Position numbers and translations under genes: made by a program. Positions 34,411-48,100 of a DNA stretch of 64,000 bases are shown piece after piece (position 1 is the first letter of the stretch; each line of letters opens with the position of its first letter). The notes beneath the pieces were generated by a model that worked only from the letters and a program-made list of their open reading frames with translations, made no database searches and was not told the DNA's origin. This DNA comes from Paraspadella gotoi (taxonomy: Eukaryota; Animalia; Chaetognatha), in contig CM119264.1 of the NCBI GenBank assembly GCA_051294375.1, positions 27,291,340 through 27,355,339 on the forward strand, in the 5' to 3' direction.

Positions 34411-37400
34411 ATGCATGGACGTTTGAAAGTGAAGACCCCTGCGGAACAGCAGGAAGCGAAAAAACTGGAGAGAGAGAAGAAAATAACGAAATACAAGGAA
34501 GGAATGAAGCAGCTGATAGCCTTAAGGTAAGGCGTTTTTACTTATCCTTCTTTTAGGTAAGGCGTTGCGTATAAACCTTGAACCTTCGATTAGTTTATTT
34601 TTGAGTCACGCGTTCGGGTGGTTGAGTTTAAATGAATCGAAGGCTATAAAAATATAAAAAAAATTAGTTGTCCTCGAAAGCGAGTTCGCGACTTATCCCT
34701 TGTTTGGACCAGTTTCCGTCCCGTTTCCTCTCCCGTCGATTCGTATCCTTGTATTAGTAAAAATGAAAGGAGCTCGTAAACGCTGAAAGGTTAGAAAAAG
34801 GTAAGGCGAAAATGGGGTGAGTTCGCCGCCTCTCAACGGGGAACCGTCGGGGGAAAAACAATAACAACTCCGGTTTCTGTTGTCCTTCGAATCAAGACGT
34901 TTGATCGCTTCCCCTCCCCGTTGCCTTTTAGTTTTCCGGATAAGATAGAAGGTCGGGGCTCACCTGTCGTCCGATCGCGGATTATGGTTGTAATTAGCGT
35001 TTATTTTGTTTCGAAAAAATTCGGAGGTTCATTATATTATTTTGATTTTAAAACTGACTATTTTCCTCAATCTTCATGGATGGTTATTCCGAAAACAGTT
35101 TTAAGTCTTTCTTTAGACTCTCTCGCTCTTTCAATGTTGTGTTTGTTGTTCGTTGTCGTGTCATTTCTGGGGTCAAACCCAAACTGGGCTTTTCCAACTT
35201 TTCTCTCCCTCTATTCTCCCCCTACTATACGGCGGGAAACAAGGAAGAGAAGAAAGAAAAAAAAATAGAACGCGCAAAGTACTTTTACTACAAGTTTTAG
35301 AAAAGACTTAGTAGATAATTTTTTTTAGGAAATAAGAATTAATTTTGCTCCATTTGTGAGTATGCAAAATCTTTTCCACTATGATAACCTAGAGCAAAGT
35401 TTAACATGGTGAAGATCAGAAACCAAATGAGTTCCTGATGCGATGGTCGAGAGTTCGATCCCGCCGTTTCGCGGTTTCTTGAGAAAGTTTATCTTCGCTT
35501 CCTCAGAAGTCGTAAAAATCAGTTTTGCTTACACGGAAGTTATGAGTTACGCTTTTTTTTATTTTGTTTCTTTTGTTAACTTATGAATATTTCGTCTGTT
35601 AATTTTCCACCCATTGTATTCATATGATCATTAGTTAATACGCAATAAAAAACACCACCCCCTCCCTCTCTCCACCCCAAGAGGTTGCTCCGAACCCGAG
35701 TCGATGAAAGCGACGATGCAGTTGACGGGCGCGTTGTTGACGGCCAACTCCGACTTGTACACCCTGTGGAATCAGCGCAAAGAGATTTTCCAGCGAATGG
35801 AGGAGACGAGCGACGAAGAGCAGGTTCCTTTCATTTCTTGGCAATGTCAATGGCATGGAAGCGGACAGACCCATCGATCAAAATAATAGTAGTAGATAAA
35901 ACATTTTGCTGCGAAAATTTTATTTTGCGTCGTTGCCAATAACCCAACGTATATTTGTTGGGCGGAATTCCGAATGAGTAATTGACACCTCAGCGCGTTG
36001 AATAGAAAGAGGAAAAAAATGTGTTGCCAGTTTGGTCACGAGGTCGAGATAAAAAAAAACGGATCATTGGAATTTTAAAAGCGGCCGACAGAGAATTGCC
36101 TGCGAAATTCGATGGAATTTGAGTGGCCAATTTAAAATGTGGCCAGTTAAAATCATAATTAGCTTTTTAAAAAATAAATTCTTGTTTTCTTGAAAATTAA
36201 AGTGGTTGTTTTGAGCTGATAGGAAACAAATATTTCGTAAAAATGTATTCTGTGAACGTTCCTTTTCTGCCCCCCCCCCAAAAAAAAAACAAAAGATCCA
36301 ATCCCTCTACACGACTGAATTGGACTTCATCGAGGCGACTCTGGTCAACAACCCCAAGTCTTACTGCCTCTGGGAGCATCGAGTGTTTTGCATGCGGCGT
36401 ATGCCCGAGCCCAACTGGACGAGGGAGTTGAGGCTCACCTCCAAATTTCTCGAATACGACGAGCGGAATTTCCACTGTTGGGATTATCGCCGCTTCGTCG
36501 TCGCCGCTTCGCCCAAGGTCATAACGCAAGGACAAAAATGGAATTTTGTGGACGTGATTTTTATCATATCTTTCTTATTAATTACAGTCGGCTTCGGCAG
36601 AGGACGAACTCAATTTCACTTTCGACAAAATTAGTAACAACTTCTCAAACTACAGTTCCTGGCACTACCGGTGCGTAGCTTGTCTCTCGCCGATGTCCTT
36701 CAGCGACTGGCGTTGCCCAGGCTTCGTAAAGATATAAGATTTTTCCTGTTGTTTTCTTTAGATCGAAGCTTCTTCCTCTTGTCTATCCCGACGACGACTG
36801 TTTACATGGCATCAAAGAGAAGGCGTTGTTACAGGTGATCACTCGGACAAAAAAAAAACACTTCTTTTAATGATGCTGGTCTTAGTCGCTTCTCTCTTTC
36901 CCCCACTCCGCTTAAACTAATTCTTCTCCAGGAGTTCGAGCACACTATGAATGCGGTCTTCACGGACCCCAACGATCAAAGCGCTTGGTTCTATCACCGC
37001 TGGCTCTTAGGGCGGAAGGACCGACCCGACGAGGTCGACCTCATTTCCGTCGCCCGTGTCGGGAGGCGGCGCGGCGGTCTTGATGGCGGGCCTGTCGGGG
37101 ACGCCCTCGAAGCGGGACCCGGAAGGGCTGTCCTGGTCTTTTCGAAACCCGTCAAGTGAGAGAAACTCGGGCAACAATTAAGCGCCGGAAGATTTTTTTG
37201 ACAATTCCCTCGAGTTAAAAATTAGCCATTGTTATTCGTTTGTAACTAGGCTCAAATCAACTTATCCGATAATAAGTATTAATGATGGTGTTTGGTTCAA
37301 CTGACATAGTAAAACGTAAACGTAAAACGTAAAAAAAACGTTTTTTATTTAATAAGTAAAGCTATCTTTCCTCCCGAATTGGCTATTATTTATCAACAAC

Positions 37401-38911
37401 AACAATTTTTTTTCAGAGTCGGCGATTCGGTTGTGGTCAAAGTAAGTGTGGATGGCGTGATCGTTTCCCCCTCGAACCTTAACTTTGCCACGCCCTCCTC
37501 CAACAAACACAGCAACATTTGGTTCTGCGACATTCCCGGCTCTTACATCGACGAGGGTGAGTTAGAAAAACAAAAGCCAATTTAGATTTAGAAGAAAGAA
37601 CGGGTCCCCTAGATTATATGGTCAAATTACTTTCATCTCAGCCTCTCCGCACGAGATCTCCTTCGAGACAGAGTTTGTAGCCTCGTCTCAAGGCGCTCAG
37701 AGTTCATTGACGCTCCCGCCAGGCGTCGTGGGCGTCACGTATCGTCGTTACAAAGAGACGTTAAGGGGAAAGACGACGCTCTTTCGCCATGAGTTAAGGT
37801 GAGTCTAAGCTAAGGGTGGAGGTTGACAGAAGGAAACCCGGATTGTAATAATCGCGACGTCATTATTGAACTCATTTATTCTTTTTTTTCAGCGCAGCGC
37901 AACACAAAATCCTGGTGGCCGAGATGGAATCCTGTCAACAGCTTTTGGAATTGGAGCCGGGAAACAAATGGACACTGCTCACTCTAATACATCTAACCAG
38001 GTTTGTATTTTCTCCCAACATGGAGTCATTTGATTTCATTAGTCGACTTCCTTTATCACAAGCTCATTTCCCCTCCCCCCCTCCCTAAGAGCTCTGGATC
38101 CGCTCGCTCATCAAACTGCGATTTTGAGTTATATCGATCAACTGTTAAAGGTTGATCCGGCTCGAGAGGGGTTCTATTGGGACTTTAGGTAAATCTTCTC
38201 TGTCGCCCAGAAAAGAAACGCTCATGTGAATGTTTTTCTTACTCTTTCCCATTATATCGAAAGGTCAAAGTATTTGATGGAGAACGCCGTCGAAAAGCTT
38301 CCGGTGAGACAGGATATTCTCGACGAAGACTCCAGTGTCAGGTGGGCACATCTTTAGTTTGGACTTTTAAAAGCTCGCTTATACACTCACGCGTCATTTT
38401 TTTGGGCCTTACCCCTCAGCTCCTCGGATCACCCCGCCCCCTCGACCGTCGACCTCTCCGCCTCCGCCCTCACCTCAGTCTACCACGCCCTCTATCTGAC
38501 GGGATCGCCCTCTGTCGATCTCTCTCGCAACCGACTCCGCCACGTCGAAGCATTGGCTCAGTTTCAAAACGTGGCTCGCCTCGATCTTGCCAGAAACGAG
38601 ATCCGCTCTTGCGAAGGTGACGGGGCGTTTTCGAATAGTCACTGTCTCTGTCTTCTTTTTCACCATTCGGTCAGTATTGCCATTTTAACCATTTCCACAC
38701 CATTTATTCCCCAGGGCTTCAATTTCTGCCGGCGCTGAAGGAACTAGACTTGAGTAACAACGACCTGCGAACTCTCGATTCATTGTCGTCGCTTAAAGGA
38801 TGCGAGAACTTGACTATTTTGACATTGACTGGAAATCCGGTGACGAAAGACTCGGAACTTACCGAATGGATTCGAGTCCATCTCCCAGGGGTGGAGTGCC
38901 GATTAGCATAA
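34411..38911 (+). CDS. RABGGTA: Geranylgeranyl transferase type-2 subunit alpha (PPTA repeats, Ig-like, LRR)
   Basis: [77 protein letters not shown]-terminal LRRs. Confidence 0.96.
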
Positions 38912-39789
38912 CGCCACAGCCCCACAGCCAAGGGGTGTAATAGTAACGGTCGAGTCTTGAAGTACCATCATAAGGTTCAAGTGTCGTGAGTACATCTCAC
39001 GAGAGGACCAAAGTTGCCTCCGAACAGAGGCGGACCACTCAAGGCCCGACATTCGTCGTTTTCGGTTAACTTCGCCCAAAATCACCTCCAATGAATCACA
39101 ACGATTCAAAATACTTTTTCTGCGTTATCTGTGATTTTATAGCTCAATATTCTATTTTACAAAAAAAAAACACGAGAAAACTTGAGTTGTCAAGTTTTAA
39201 TATTTTTTTAAATAAAAACACGAAAGCGCGAACGTGCACAAACTTTTTCAAGAGTTAAAAAATAAATAATTAAGTGCTTACCTAATCTTTTAAAATTTCA
39301 TTGTTTCCAATAAATTTATTTTTAAAAAATGACAAATCGCTTTTGTTTAAAAAAAAACGCCATTAAAAACTAATAAAAAATCAAAAATTCAAGCGACCAT
39401 TTGTGATGTCAAAATACAATCACTACGCGAAGCCATTTAGTAAAATATAAACGAGATTTATATCTAGAATCAGCTACGAGTCGAACAAATCTTTATAAAA
39501 TTATATTTTGTATGAAGCGATTTAGCCAGTTCGATGCGATGCATACAAAAATACTGTCTTTTCAAAAGCACCCGGAAGACTTAACAAAAGATTCACCTTC
39601 CCTTCACCTCCTTACCCGATTGCAAACTTAAGTTGAGCCACTACTGAGCGAGGATATATAATAGTAGACGTGAGGCAGTGTAAATAGAGGAAAAGTTGAG
39701 GACAGAGGAAGAAAGACAGTTTTGATTCCGATGTCTATAGTATAATAAATATCACTTGAAAAATTTCTAATACGACATTGACAAATACC

Positions 39790-40387
39790 TAAGGAGTAGG
39801 GTGAAGTGAAAGTTTGGAATCAAAATTTAGCAGTTATATCTTGAAAACTATCATATTAATGAATACTAATCTATAATTATTTTTTTTTTTTATAAATATA
39901 GTAGCCCAGTCAGCTTATTTTATATATAGTATTACCCTTATATAAGGTTAAAATTTCAAATTTTTTTTTTTTGGAATTCTGAGAACAGATTCTGATTCCT
40001 CGTTAAAAGTTAATATAAGAAAGTATAAATCTTTTTCAAAAATTATGTCATTAAGTAGGTTAAAATTACAAAAAACTACATTTTTAAGCTAGAAATTTAA
40101 AATCGGTGTCATAAATATAGTTTTTATATTTTTAAAAAAGAATTATACTTTCTTATAATAACTTTTTGCAAGGAATCCAAATCCGATCTTAAAATTAAAA
40201 AATTTGCATTTTGAAATTTTAGCCTATTATATACTTATTACTATGTATAAATATAGCTCACTGGTGCCCACTAATGTATAAAATAAAAAAATTAATTTAC
40301 CAAAATATTTTTATTAGCTTTTATGTTCATGTTTTATATGTTAAATTTTAATTTTCTAAAATTTTATCATTTTCACATCACTCTACT
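39790..40387. mobile_element. Diverged relative of the 590-bp hAT-type MITE
   Basis: Starts TAAGGAGTAG; shares CAGATT..ATTCCTCGT.AAAAGTT and ATTAAGT.GGTTAAAA blocks; palindromic; right end truncated, no TSD. Confidence 0.65.
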
Positions 40388-40820
40388 AAGGAGTCTACTA
40401 TGAAACTGGAAGCCGGCTCGATTTTTTGGGAGAAAAGATCAATAGTAATAAACTGGAGTTTGCACTCAAAAGCCGATTTGCGCTATGAAAAAAAAACGTT
40501 AAGGCGTCACAGAGAGAATATTTAACTTTGGCAAAAACCCGCTTTAATCAGTAATTTGCGTGAAAGCCCGCATAGCTGACTATTCGCATGCCCGATCCGA
40601 CGCCCATCGCGAAATTTTAGCTAATTGAGACTTTTATTAAGGTTCGGCCTGAAATGAGCTGACCCTAATCACGCGACGCTTTTTTATTCACTGCGCATCT
40701 CGGCCCTTGAATTATTTCGGCGGAACACATCAAAATGTAGAATTAGAATTATTTGATAGATATTATGACTACGACTATTTTATGCTTCTTAGTGCTGGAG
40801 GCTCCCTTCTACGAGGAGTT

Positions 40821-43094
40821 TCAACGAATGCTGCGCCTGTCCAAAGTGTCGTTTCGATATTCTCTGATGATCTTTTCCACGCTTTCCGCCGTAAGAGTAT
40901 CGACGGCCTTAAAGAGATTGTCGGCAATTTATTTTTAGCAGCTTAATTTTTATTTAGAGTGCAACCGGATTTTAACCTCTTTGACGACGTGTATCTTTTG
41001 CCCGGGGATGTCGAGCAAGATGACGAGGTTTTCCGGCTCGTCCTCCAAGTTGCAAAAGTCGCGAATGGAGGAGCATATGTCGTCCTCGCCGCCCCAGAAA
41101 AAGTATATCTCCTTCTTGGAGATGCCTTTCGCGTACTCGATCTCTGCTTGAGGCTAACGGGGGTGTGGGGAAAGGGGATTGAGATTGTGTTGGGGCTTCC
41201 GACCCTTTTTAGAACTTCCCCAGAACTTTAGACTTTGCCATTGACTCACTGTCATGATGGATTTGGCGTGCCCAATTTTATCCTCGCTCCCATCCGTGAA
41301 GACGATGATGCAAGGACTGTCATTGATAACGTGGGCCATCGACTGATCGAAATTACGGGTCGTTAGTGAAATTAAGCAGGGTCATCGACTTTCCAAACAG
41401 ACAGTACAAAAACTGTCACCTCGTCCAACTCCTCGATGGGTTGTGGCCTCCAGGGAAATTTTTCGCCGTTTGGGTCTTTAGTCACGGCTGATCGTCCGTC
41501 GTTGGTTATAACTTGACCTTCCTCGTCTAAAATGACCAGGTGAGGTATGCCATTCACTTCCATCAACTGATGAAAAAAAAAGGGGTGAGGAAAGGTATAA
41601 TTATTTCTTAAATCCATAATATTCGAAATTTGACAAATATTTTTAGTTACATTTGAGAGTTCTTGTTGTCTTTTGTCTTGAAAAGGAAGGGCTTTCCAAG
41701 GCATTTCGTTGAGATATTCCTATTAAGAAACGATATTTTAAATCCCCTTTTTTGTAAACTTATTACAATTTCCACCCGGCGACGAACCTTAAATTCACTG
41801 GGGCTGTTGTCGCCCGAACAAAAAATGACCTCGAAGTTCTTCCCATCGGCGACCAACTTTTCGTACGTCTTTACGAGTAAAGGCGTGAATGCCCTGCGGA
41901 ATCAAGTTCGCCACTTGCTCGGTCATCATTTTTGTAAACATTTTAGAGAAATTAAAATTGAATAGAGTGGCGACCTGCACGGCGGGCACCAGTGGGCCGA
42001 AAAGTAGAGGCCCGTCACTTTTCCCGCCAAAGCCTCGCTGACTGTGAAATTCCCGCCGCTTTTGTCCGTCAACGCCCCATCGTTTTCGGCCAAGATCTGA
42101 AATTCGATAAAGCAATGGAGAATTAATTATGTTTGTTGTTCTCTTAAGTCATATTATCAGATTGGTACTTGAAGAGCATTAAAAGGTTTCGCTTGAATTG
42201 TGCTCATCAAAAAATGCCTAACTCGTAGACGTATAGTGGCGTTTAACATAGGAAAGGGACTTCTCTTGTTTTGTTTAATTTTTAGCATCAATTAGTACGT
42301 TCGTTAGGTATGTTCATTCAGTACGGCAAGGAAAATTACACATGAATTACACTGGCTGGCTGAATTATTATCATTACTTATTAGCTATAATAAATTTATT
42401 AGATACCAAACTACAATTTTTTATTAATAGAACATTAAAAAAACGAAAATATTTTTTTTATTTGGCCCCTCGTGTGCCTCCGCCTAATCATTCGTTGTCC
42501 CCAACCTGATTCGGCTGCTTCAGCCTCCAAGGAAAGTTCTTTCCCTCCTTGTCGTTGGTGATGACGGACCGGCCGTTCTTGTTGATGACGTTTCCCGTCG
42601 CCGCGTCCAAAAGAATCAGCGTGGGAATTCCCGTCACCTGCGTCAATGCGCGAGAGATAAAGTTAGGAGAATATGGCGCCGCGGCGTCTTTCATGTCACC
42701 GGCACCCGACCTTGAATTTCGAGGTGAGTTTAGCCTTGATGTCCCTGGCTTCATAGGGCAGAGCGTGGAAGGTCATTGACCCATAGTACTCTTGAAAGCT
42801 GTCGAGGTCGCGGTCCGAGCTGACGAATACCAGGTCGAACTTTGACCCATTTTCCGTCTTTTTGAAGTCAGTGTAGAACGTTGACAACTGTACGGGGGAA
42901 ACAATATAAATATTAATTGGAGACGGATTACTATAATTTATCAATATACTCACCACTGGAGTGAACGCTCGACACGGTGGGCACCAGTGAGCCGAGAAGT
43001 AAAGCCCCACGACGTGATCGTCGCCTCCTACGATCGATGACGTGGGGACTGTTTCGCTATTTTTGAGGAGGTTGGGTCCGAGCAGACTTTCCAT
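40821..43094 (-). CDS. NXN: Nucleoredoxin (two WCPPC thioredoxin domains plus C-terminal domain)
   Basis: VGLYFSAHWCPPCRAFTP and GLYFSAHWCPPCRAFTP, VFVSSDR, GIPTLILLD, FPWRP. Confidence 0.94.
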
Positions 43095-43561
43095 TTCCGC
43101 CTTTTTACGAGGATTGCAGAGAGATCCGAGTCCGTCAGATATTGGAAGTGGTACCGGTTTGTTTGTCGTTATTTTTCCGTTCTGGACCGGTATCGAGCTG
43201 ATATTTCGAACGGTTTTACTGATCTAATTTAACCGCTGAAAATAAAAAAAATTAATAGAAAACAGAGAAAAAACTCTGAAGCCATTTAGAAGTTTTCGAA
43301 TAAAGCCGATACGAGGAAAAAAGTTTAAAAAAACGAATAAGCGATTGCGTGAGTCGAATCGGAAAAACGAGAGAAAAAACTTTACAACCGTCCCGAGCTC
43401 GGAAAAAAAAGTGAGCAATTTTTTTCCCCATCACGCGAAAGAGAATTAAAAACTGAACTACTATCACAATGTAGAGGTGTTGGGCGTTTGTGCCCACCCA
43501 GAGAAAGACGTTGGATTTTCCCTGGACAGTGAGCCGGCTACTGTTTATTCTTCCCAATTAG

Positions 43562-44924
43562 TCAATCACATTGTGCGGGCCAAGCTTTCGCTTCGAGGTC
43601 TGCTTTGGCAAGGCCCTCCAGGAGCGGAACATCAAACACCACCGGCGGGTTGCAGGGATTGTAGAGAATATCGCAGGTAGAAGCGTTAATGTACGTCGTT
43701 TGCCCGTCGTTCCAGCATCCGTAGTCCTGTGGAGAAAATCATTAGCTTTCTTAATCCACGATAAGACGTTTCAAGATTTAATAGTTTTCCAAAAAGTTAG
43801 TTCGACTTCGTTGCACACTTCGGTTTACTCATCAAACAAGAGATTCTCTTTAAATAATAAAAGAAAAACAGGGAAAAAAGGCTTTCAAAGAACAAAACGG
43901 TTGAAAGTTACACAGATCAGCCCCTCAAATGTATCCTCCCTTCTCTGACTCACTTCGTGAATATGACCGAAAACGTGATAGGCAGGCTTCACCCTCCGCC
44001 GCACGGTCTCGAGCAGTTCGACGCAACCAACACGATTACCACCCTTCACTTTATCCCCAAACCCCAAGGGTGGTCCGTGGGTGACCAAAATATCCGTTTC
44101 TTCGGGAATCGCGTCCCATTTTTTCAGGATCGTCGCGCCTCTGACAAGGTTGAAGGCCCAACCTCCGAAGACAGGTTGCCAGGGCGATCCCCAAATCCGG
44201 ACTCCACCGATTTCGACGCCAGAGTCTTCGAGGTAGATGGCGTTGGTTATGAGGGTTCGCGGATCACTCGGGGGCGGGGAAGATTGATCGGAGGGTTGGG
44301 CCAATTGGCGAAGAAGGTCAAAGTTGATAGTGGGCTTGCCGTCCACGGACGCGCGTCCAATACTGAGTTCGTGATTGCCTGCCGTTTTGGTTAATAATAA
44401 TGGTAATAATGAAATTGGGACAACCAAAATAAAAATTATCCATTCATTTAATAAATAAGCTATCTTGCCCGACTTTGGAATATTAGTAATAACTTGCAAA
44501 CAAACCGGCGATCACGACGACGAATTTGTGCGGCAAAGAACCCAGGAAGTTGTTAAACCTTTTGATTTCGTCAATTTTGCCGACGTTCGTGAAGTCGCCG
44601 GCGTGAAGGAAGACGTCTCCGGGCGGAATCCCGAAATCTCTGTGCCAGCTCTGCGCTCCGTAACGGGTCTCCCTGGAGTTCAGTAAGAAATGGTCACAAA
44701 GTAAAAATCTGAATCCGACGATTGAAAACCGACTTGTTATGCGTGTCGCTCATGACAACGAATCTCAGTCTGTCTGGGTGGACGGGAGTATCCAGGTCGA
44801 GAGGCTCGACGGCCTTCTTCCCGACTTTCCGCTTTATCAACCGCCAAACAGTTGAGGGATATTCTGTTTCAGGGTGAGGCGAAATTGCCGAAGAGGCTTT
44901 AGTCCTTAGCGAAGTGGCCATCAC
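43562..44924 (-). CDS. MPPED2: Metallophosphoesterase MPPED/239FB family
   Basis: RFVVMSDTH, GDVFLHAGDFT, AGNHELS, WGSPWQP, LVTHGPPLG, HVFGHIHE, YINASTC..PVVFD. Paralog assignment (MPPED1/2) is not resolvable. Confidence 0.9.
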
Positions 44925-45184
44925 AGTTTTGCAGTTATTGTAAAATGAATAAATAAGCTAGGAAAATTTCATTATAAATTAAAAGTTCTAAATAGAGAAT
45001 AATTTAAAAAACGCAATTTTGTTCGTTTTGTATGAATTTGAGGGAAGAGAAAGTTAAACAGCCTTCCGGATAAACGGATTACTGAGCATCTTAAGTTAGA
45101 CGGTCAAAAACACCCAATAGGACGAATATAATTTGTGCAATCAATTTTTATTGGAATGTGAGCTGTGCTTTCTTCAAAATACGA

Positions 45185-48100
45185 TCAGAAAACCGCTAAA
45201 ACCCTTTGATTCGGGCATACGGTGGCATTCATTGACGATATTGGTAAAATTCCAACGCAGCACTGTGTTTTCGGTGGCGTCATCTTGATAGCCTTGATCC
45301 CAACGACGCGGACGTCCACCCAACTGGCCTTTAGGAAGTCGGCCGAAGACACCACGGCGAACTTGGGGTAATGAACGGCGGGCACGAAGACTTCAGTGGG
45401 GGCGGTGACGGCAGAGTTGAGCTCGAACACAAACTTGGTTCTTAGAGTATTTGGATCAAATTCGAAGGATAAGGGAACGCCTGGAATTTAATATAAGATA
45501 ATTTAATATAATTATATAATTAAATTTAAATAATTTTTTTGAATTGTAGATAGCAGACTGTCATATTAATTCTTAAGTGATTATTAATAAATATATATAA
45601 AAATATGCTGATTATATTTAATAATAGTATTAATTAAGAAATATTTTTATGGTAAACAGAATTTTAATAAATATGAATATTATATTTTCTGAATAAAAGT
45701 GAAAAAAGTGTCAAAACTTCATTTTATTAGAAAATAATAATTATTAACATTTATATAAATTAGTAATACATAAAAAATCGAAGTGCATCTTTAGTACATC
45801 TTTTTGCTGCACTAACTTGTCTTTTGGGCTAAAAATAAATTTTGATGTTTAGATAAAATAATTGACTTAATTTAATAAAATGTTAAGGTGTTTAATTAAG
45901 CTTAGCTTATTTTATTTTTTTAGTTTAAATTTCAAATAGTCTTTCTAAAGGGAGGAAACCTTATGTCAAAATAGCCTGTCCAGAGTCGGGGGCAAGATGC
46001 CTAATTACAGTCCTGTGAAAAAAAAAGAGGACACTCTTCAACTCCAAGTTGTGCTCATTTTACGCACATATAGTAGAAAAGTTTTTATTTTTATTTTAAA
46101 CAACGAATTTATTTAACATAAAAAACTGACATGTTTCGGCTTCAATGTAAGCCTTCATCAGAGCAAAAGTAAATTGAATTGTGAAACAAATATTTTCTCA
46201 GAGTTTGAAGTTTAGAGAGAGAGAGAGAGAGAGAAAAAGAGATTAAAGTTTCCAACAAAGAATTGAGACAGTGGTAGACTGAGAATAGGTTAAGGCTCAG
46301 GACAAGTGAGTGAAGGAGAGTGAAAGAGAAACGAAAATTTGATCAGATTGCCAAAGTACAGTGAAATACATTTAGCAATGTAAAGGAAAAATTATCATTG
46401 AAAAAAGTAAACTGTGAATACATTTAGCAATGTAAAGGAAACATTAATATTGAAAAATAGTAAACTTAAAAATAACAATTAACTAAATTAAGTTTTAGAT
46501 AAAATTAATTTCATTAAATTTAAAACCAAGAACAAACTTTGGCCCGCCTGGCTGTAAGGCAAGAAGAGGGCAGCCGGCAGGCTAAAAAATCCACTTTTTA
46601 GTGGGTTTTTTGTTTTTTTAAGCTTTTTTTTTTGGGAGAATTTTTAATGCCAACCCTGTTACCTGCAGTGGCTCGTGGATACGGTCTAATGAAAACCTTC
46701 ACCATGTTTTCGTTCAGTTTCCGCTTGGCAAAGTCACTGTAGAATTCTTTTCCGCCCAGTCCATTGGACCACACTGTCCACGATTGAAGATACTGATCGG
46801 CAGTTTTAAGAGTAAAGTCTACACTTTCCCGGCAAGAATCCTTGTTGGCGTTCAATTGGCAGGCACAAAATTCAGTGAGAAACGTTCCCCCTTGAAGACG
46901 AAAAGGCCTCATTTAGTCCCAAGAACATACCAAGTACATACGATTAATAAAAATTTCCAATACCTCCCAATGCTTTTCTGTCATTTTGTACAGTCTTGAA
47001 GGAATCCGGTCCAACCACTTCGTTGCAGATGGTTCTGTACAAGGGACTCAACGGTTTGTGTTGATCCACTATCGGCCAACAATAGTAATGATAACTCATT
47101 GACGAACGATCCTGGATTTGATACAAAGTTATTTTATATTTATTATAAATGAAAAAAAGAAGAACCAATGAGATTGTCAGCCTACTACCTTATATTCATC
47201 CCCTCCCGGCACGTGGACAAATCCAGTGCCCGTCGATTTTCCCCCCAGCGCGTCTGCCCAAGTGACCGGCTCGTAGAATATAATGGTCTCGTTGTCCGAC
47301 TGCCTGATGCCCTTTTGCACTGCCTCGTAAAAAGGCTGCAGATTTAGGCGTCCCGCGTTGCCGGGCAAGAGAAGGAGCGGGTCCTCGTAGAAATAGCCGG
47401 CGAAGGGCTCGTTGATCAGCTCATAGCCGAGGACGTTGGGGTTCGCGCTGTGAAGTGAAAATCATTTTGAAATGTTTGTTTTGATTGATTAATTGACTGA
47501 TTATTTAATTATTGATTAATTAATTGACTAATTGATGAATTAACTGATTAATTATTTGATTAATTCATACATCTTGCATTTACATTTAATATAAAAGAAG
47601 CATAATCATTAGTGAAACAGGTTTTTTGTTTTTTCCATTTAAACTCATTTCCACTCAAACAATTCCATCGAAACTTGATTTCCAGCTTTCCTACCCACCT
47701 ACAAAATTTCAGGTCAATCGCCCCAACCACTCATGAGCAATTGGTGTTCAAATAGTGAAATATATTTTTTTGTTTCTTCCATTTAAACTCATTTCCACTC
47801 AGACGATTCCTTCGAAACTTCATATCCAGCTCAATCACACACTTCCCTACCCACACACAAAATTTCATTCCAATCCATCCATCCAATCACGAGTAATTGG
47901 TGTTTTTTGCTAAGGTGGGACGGACAGACGGACGGACGGACATCGTTTTTTTTTCATAATTTAACATAATTCGATGTTCTGACATGATATAAGTGACAAG
48001 ATGCCCGACAAAATTGAGGGGGCGGACCGACGGACCGACAAAGTGAATTATAGAGTCGGGATCTGCTAAAAGCAGATCCGACTAAAAATTTATGAATATG

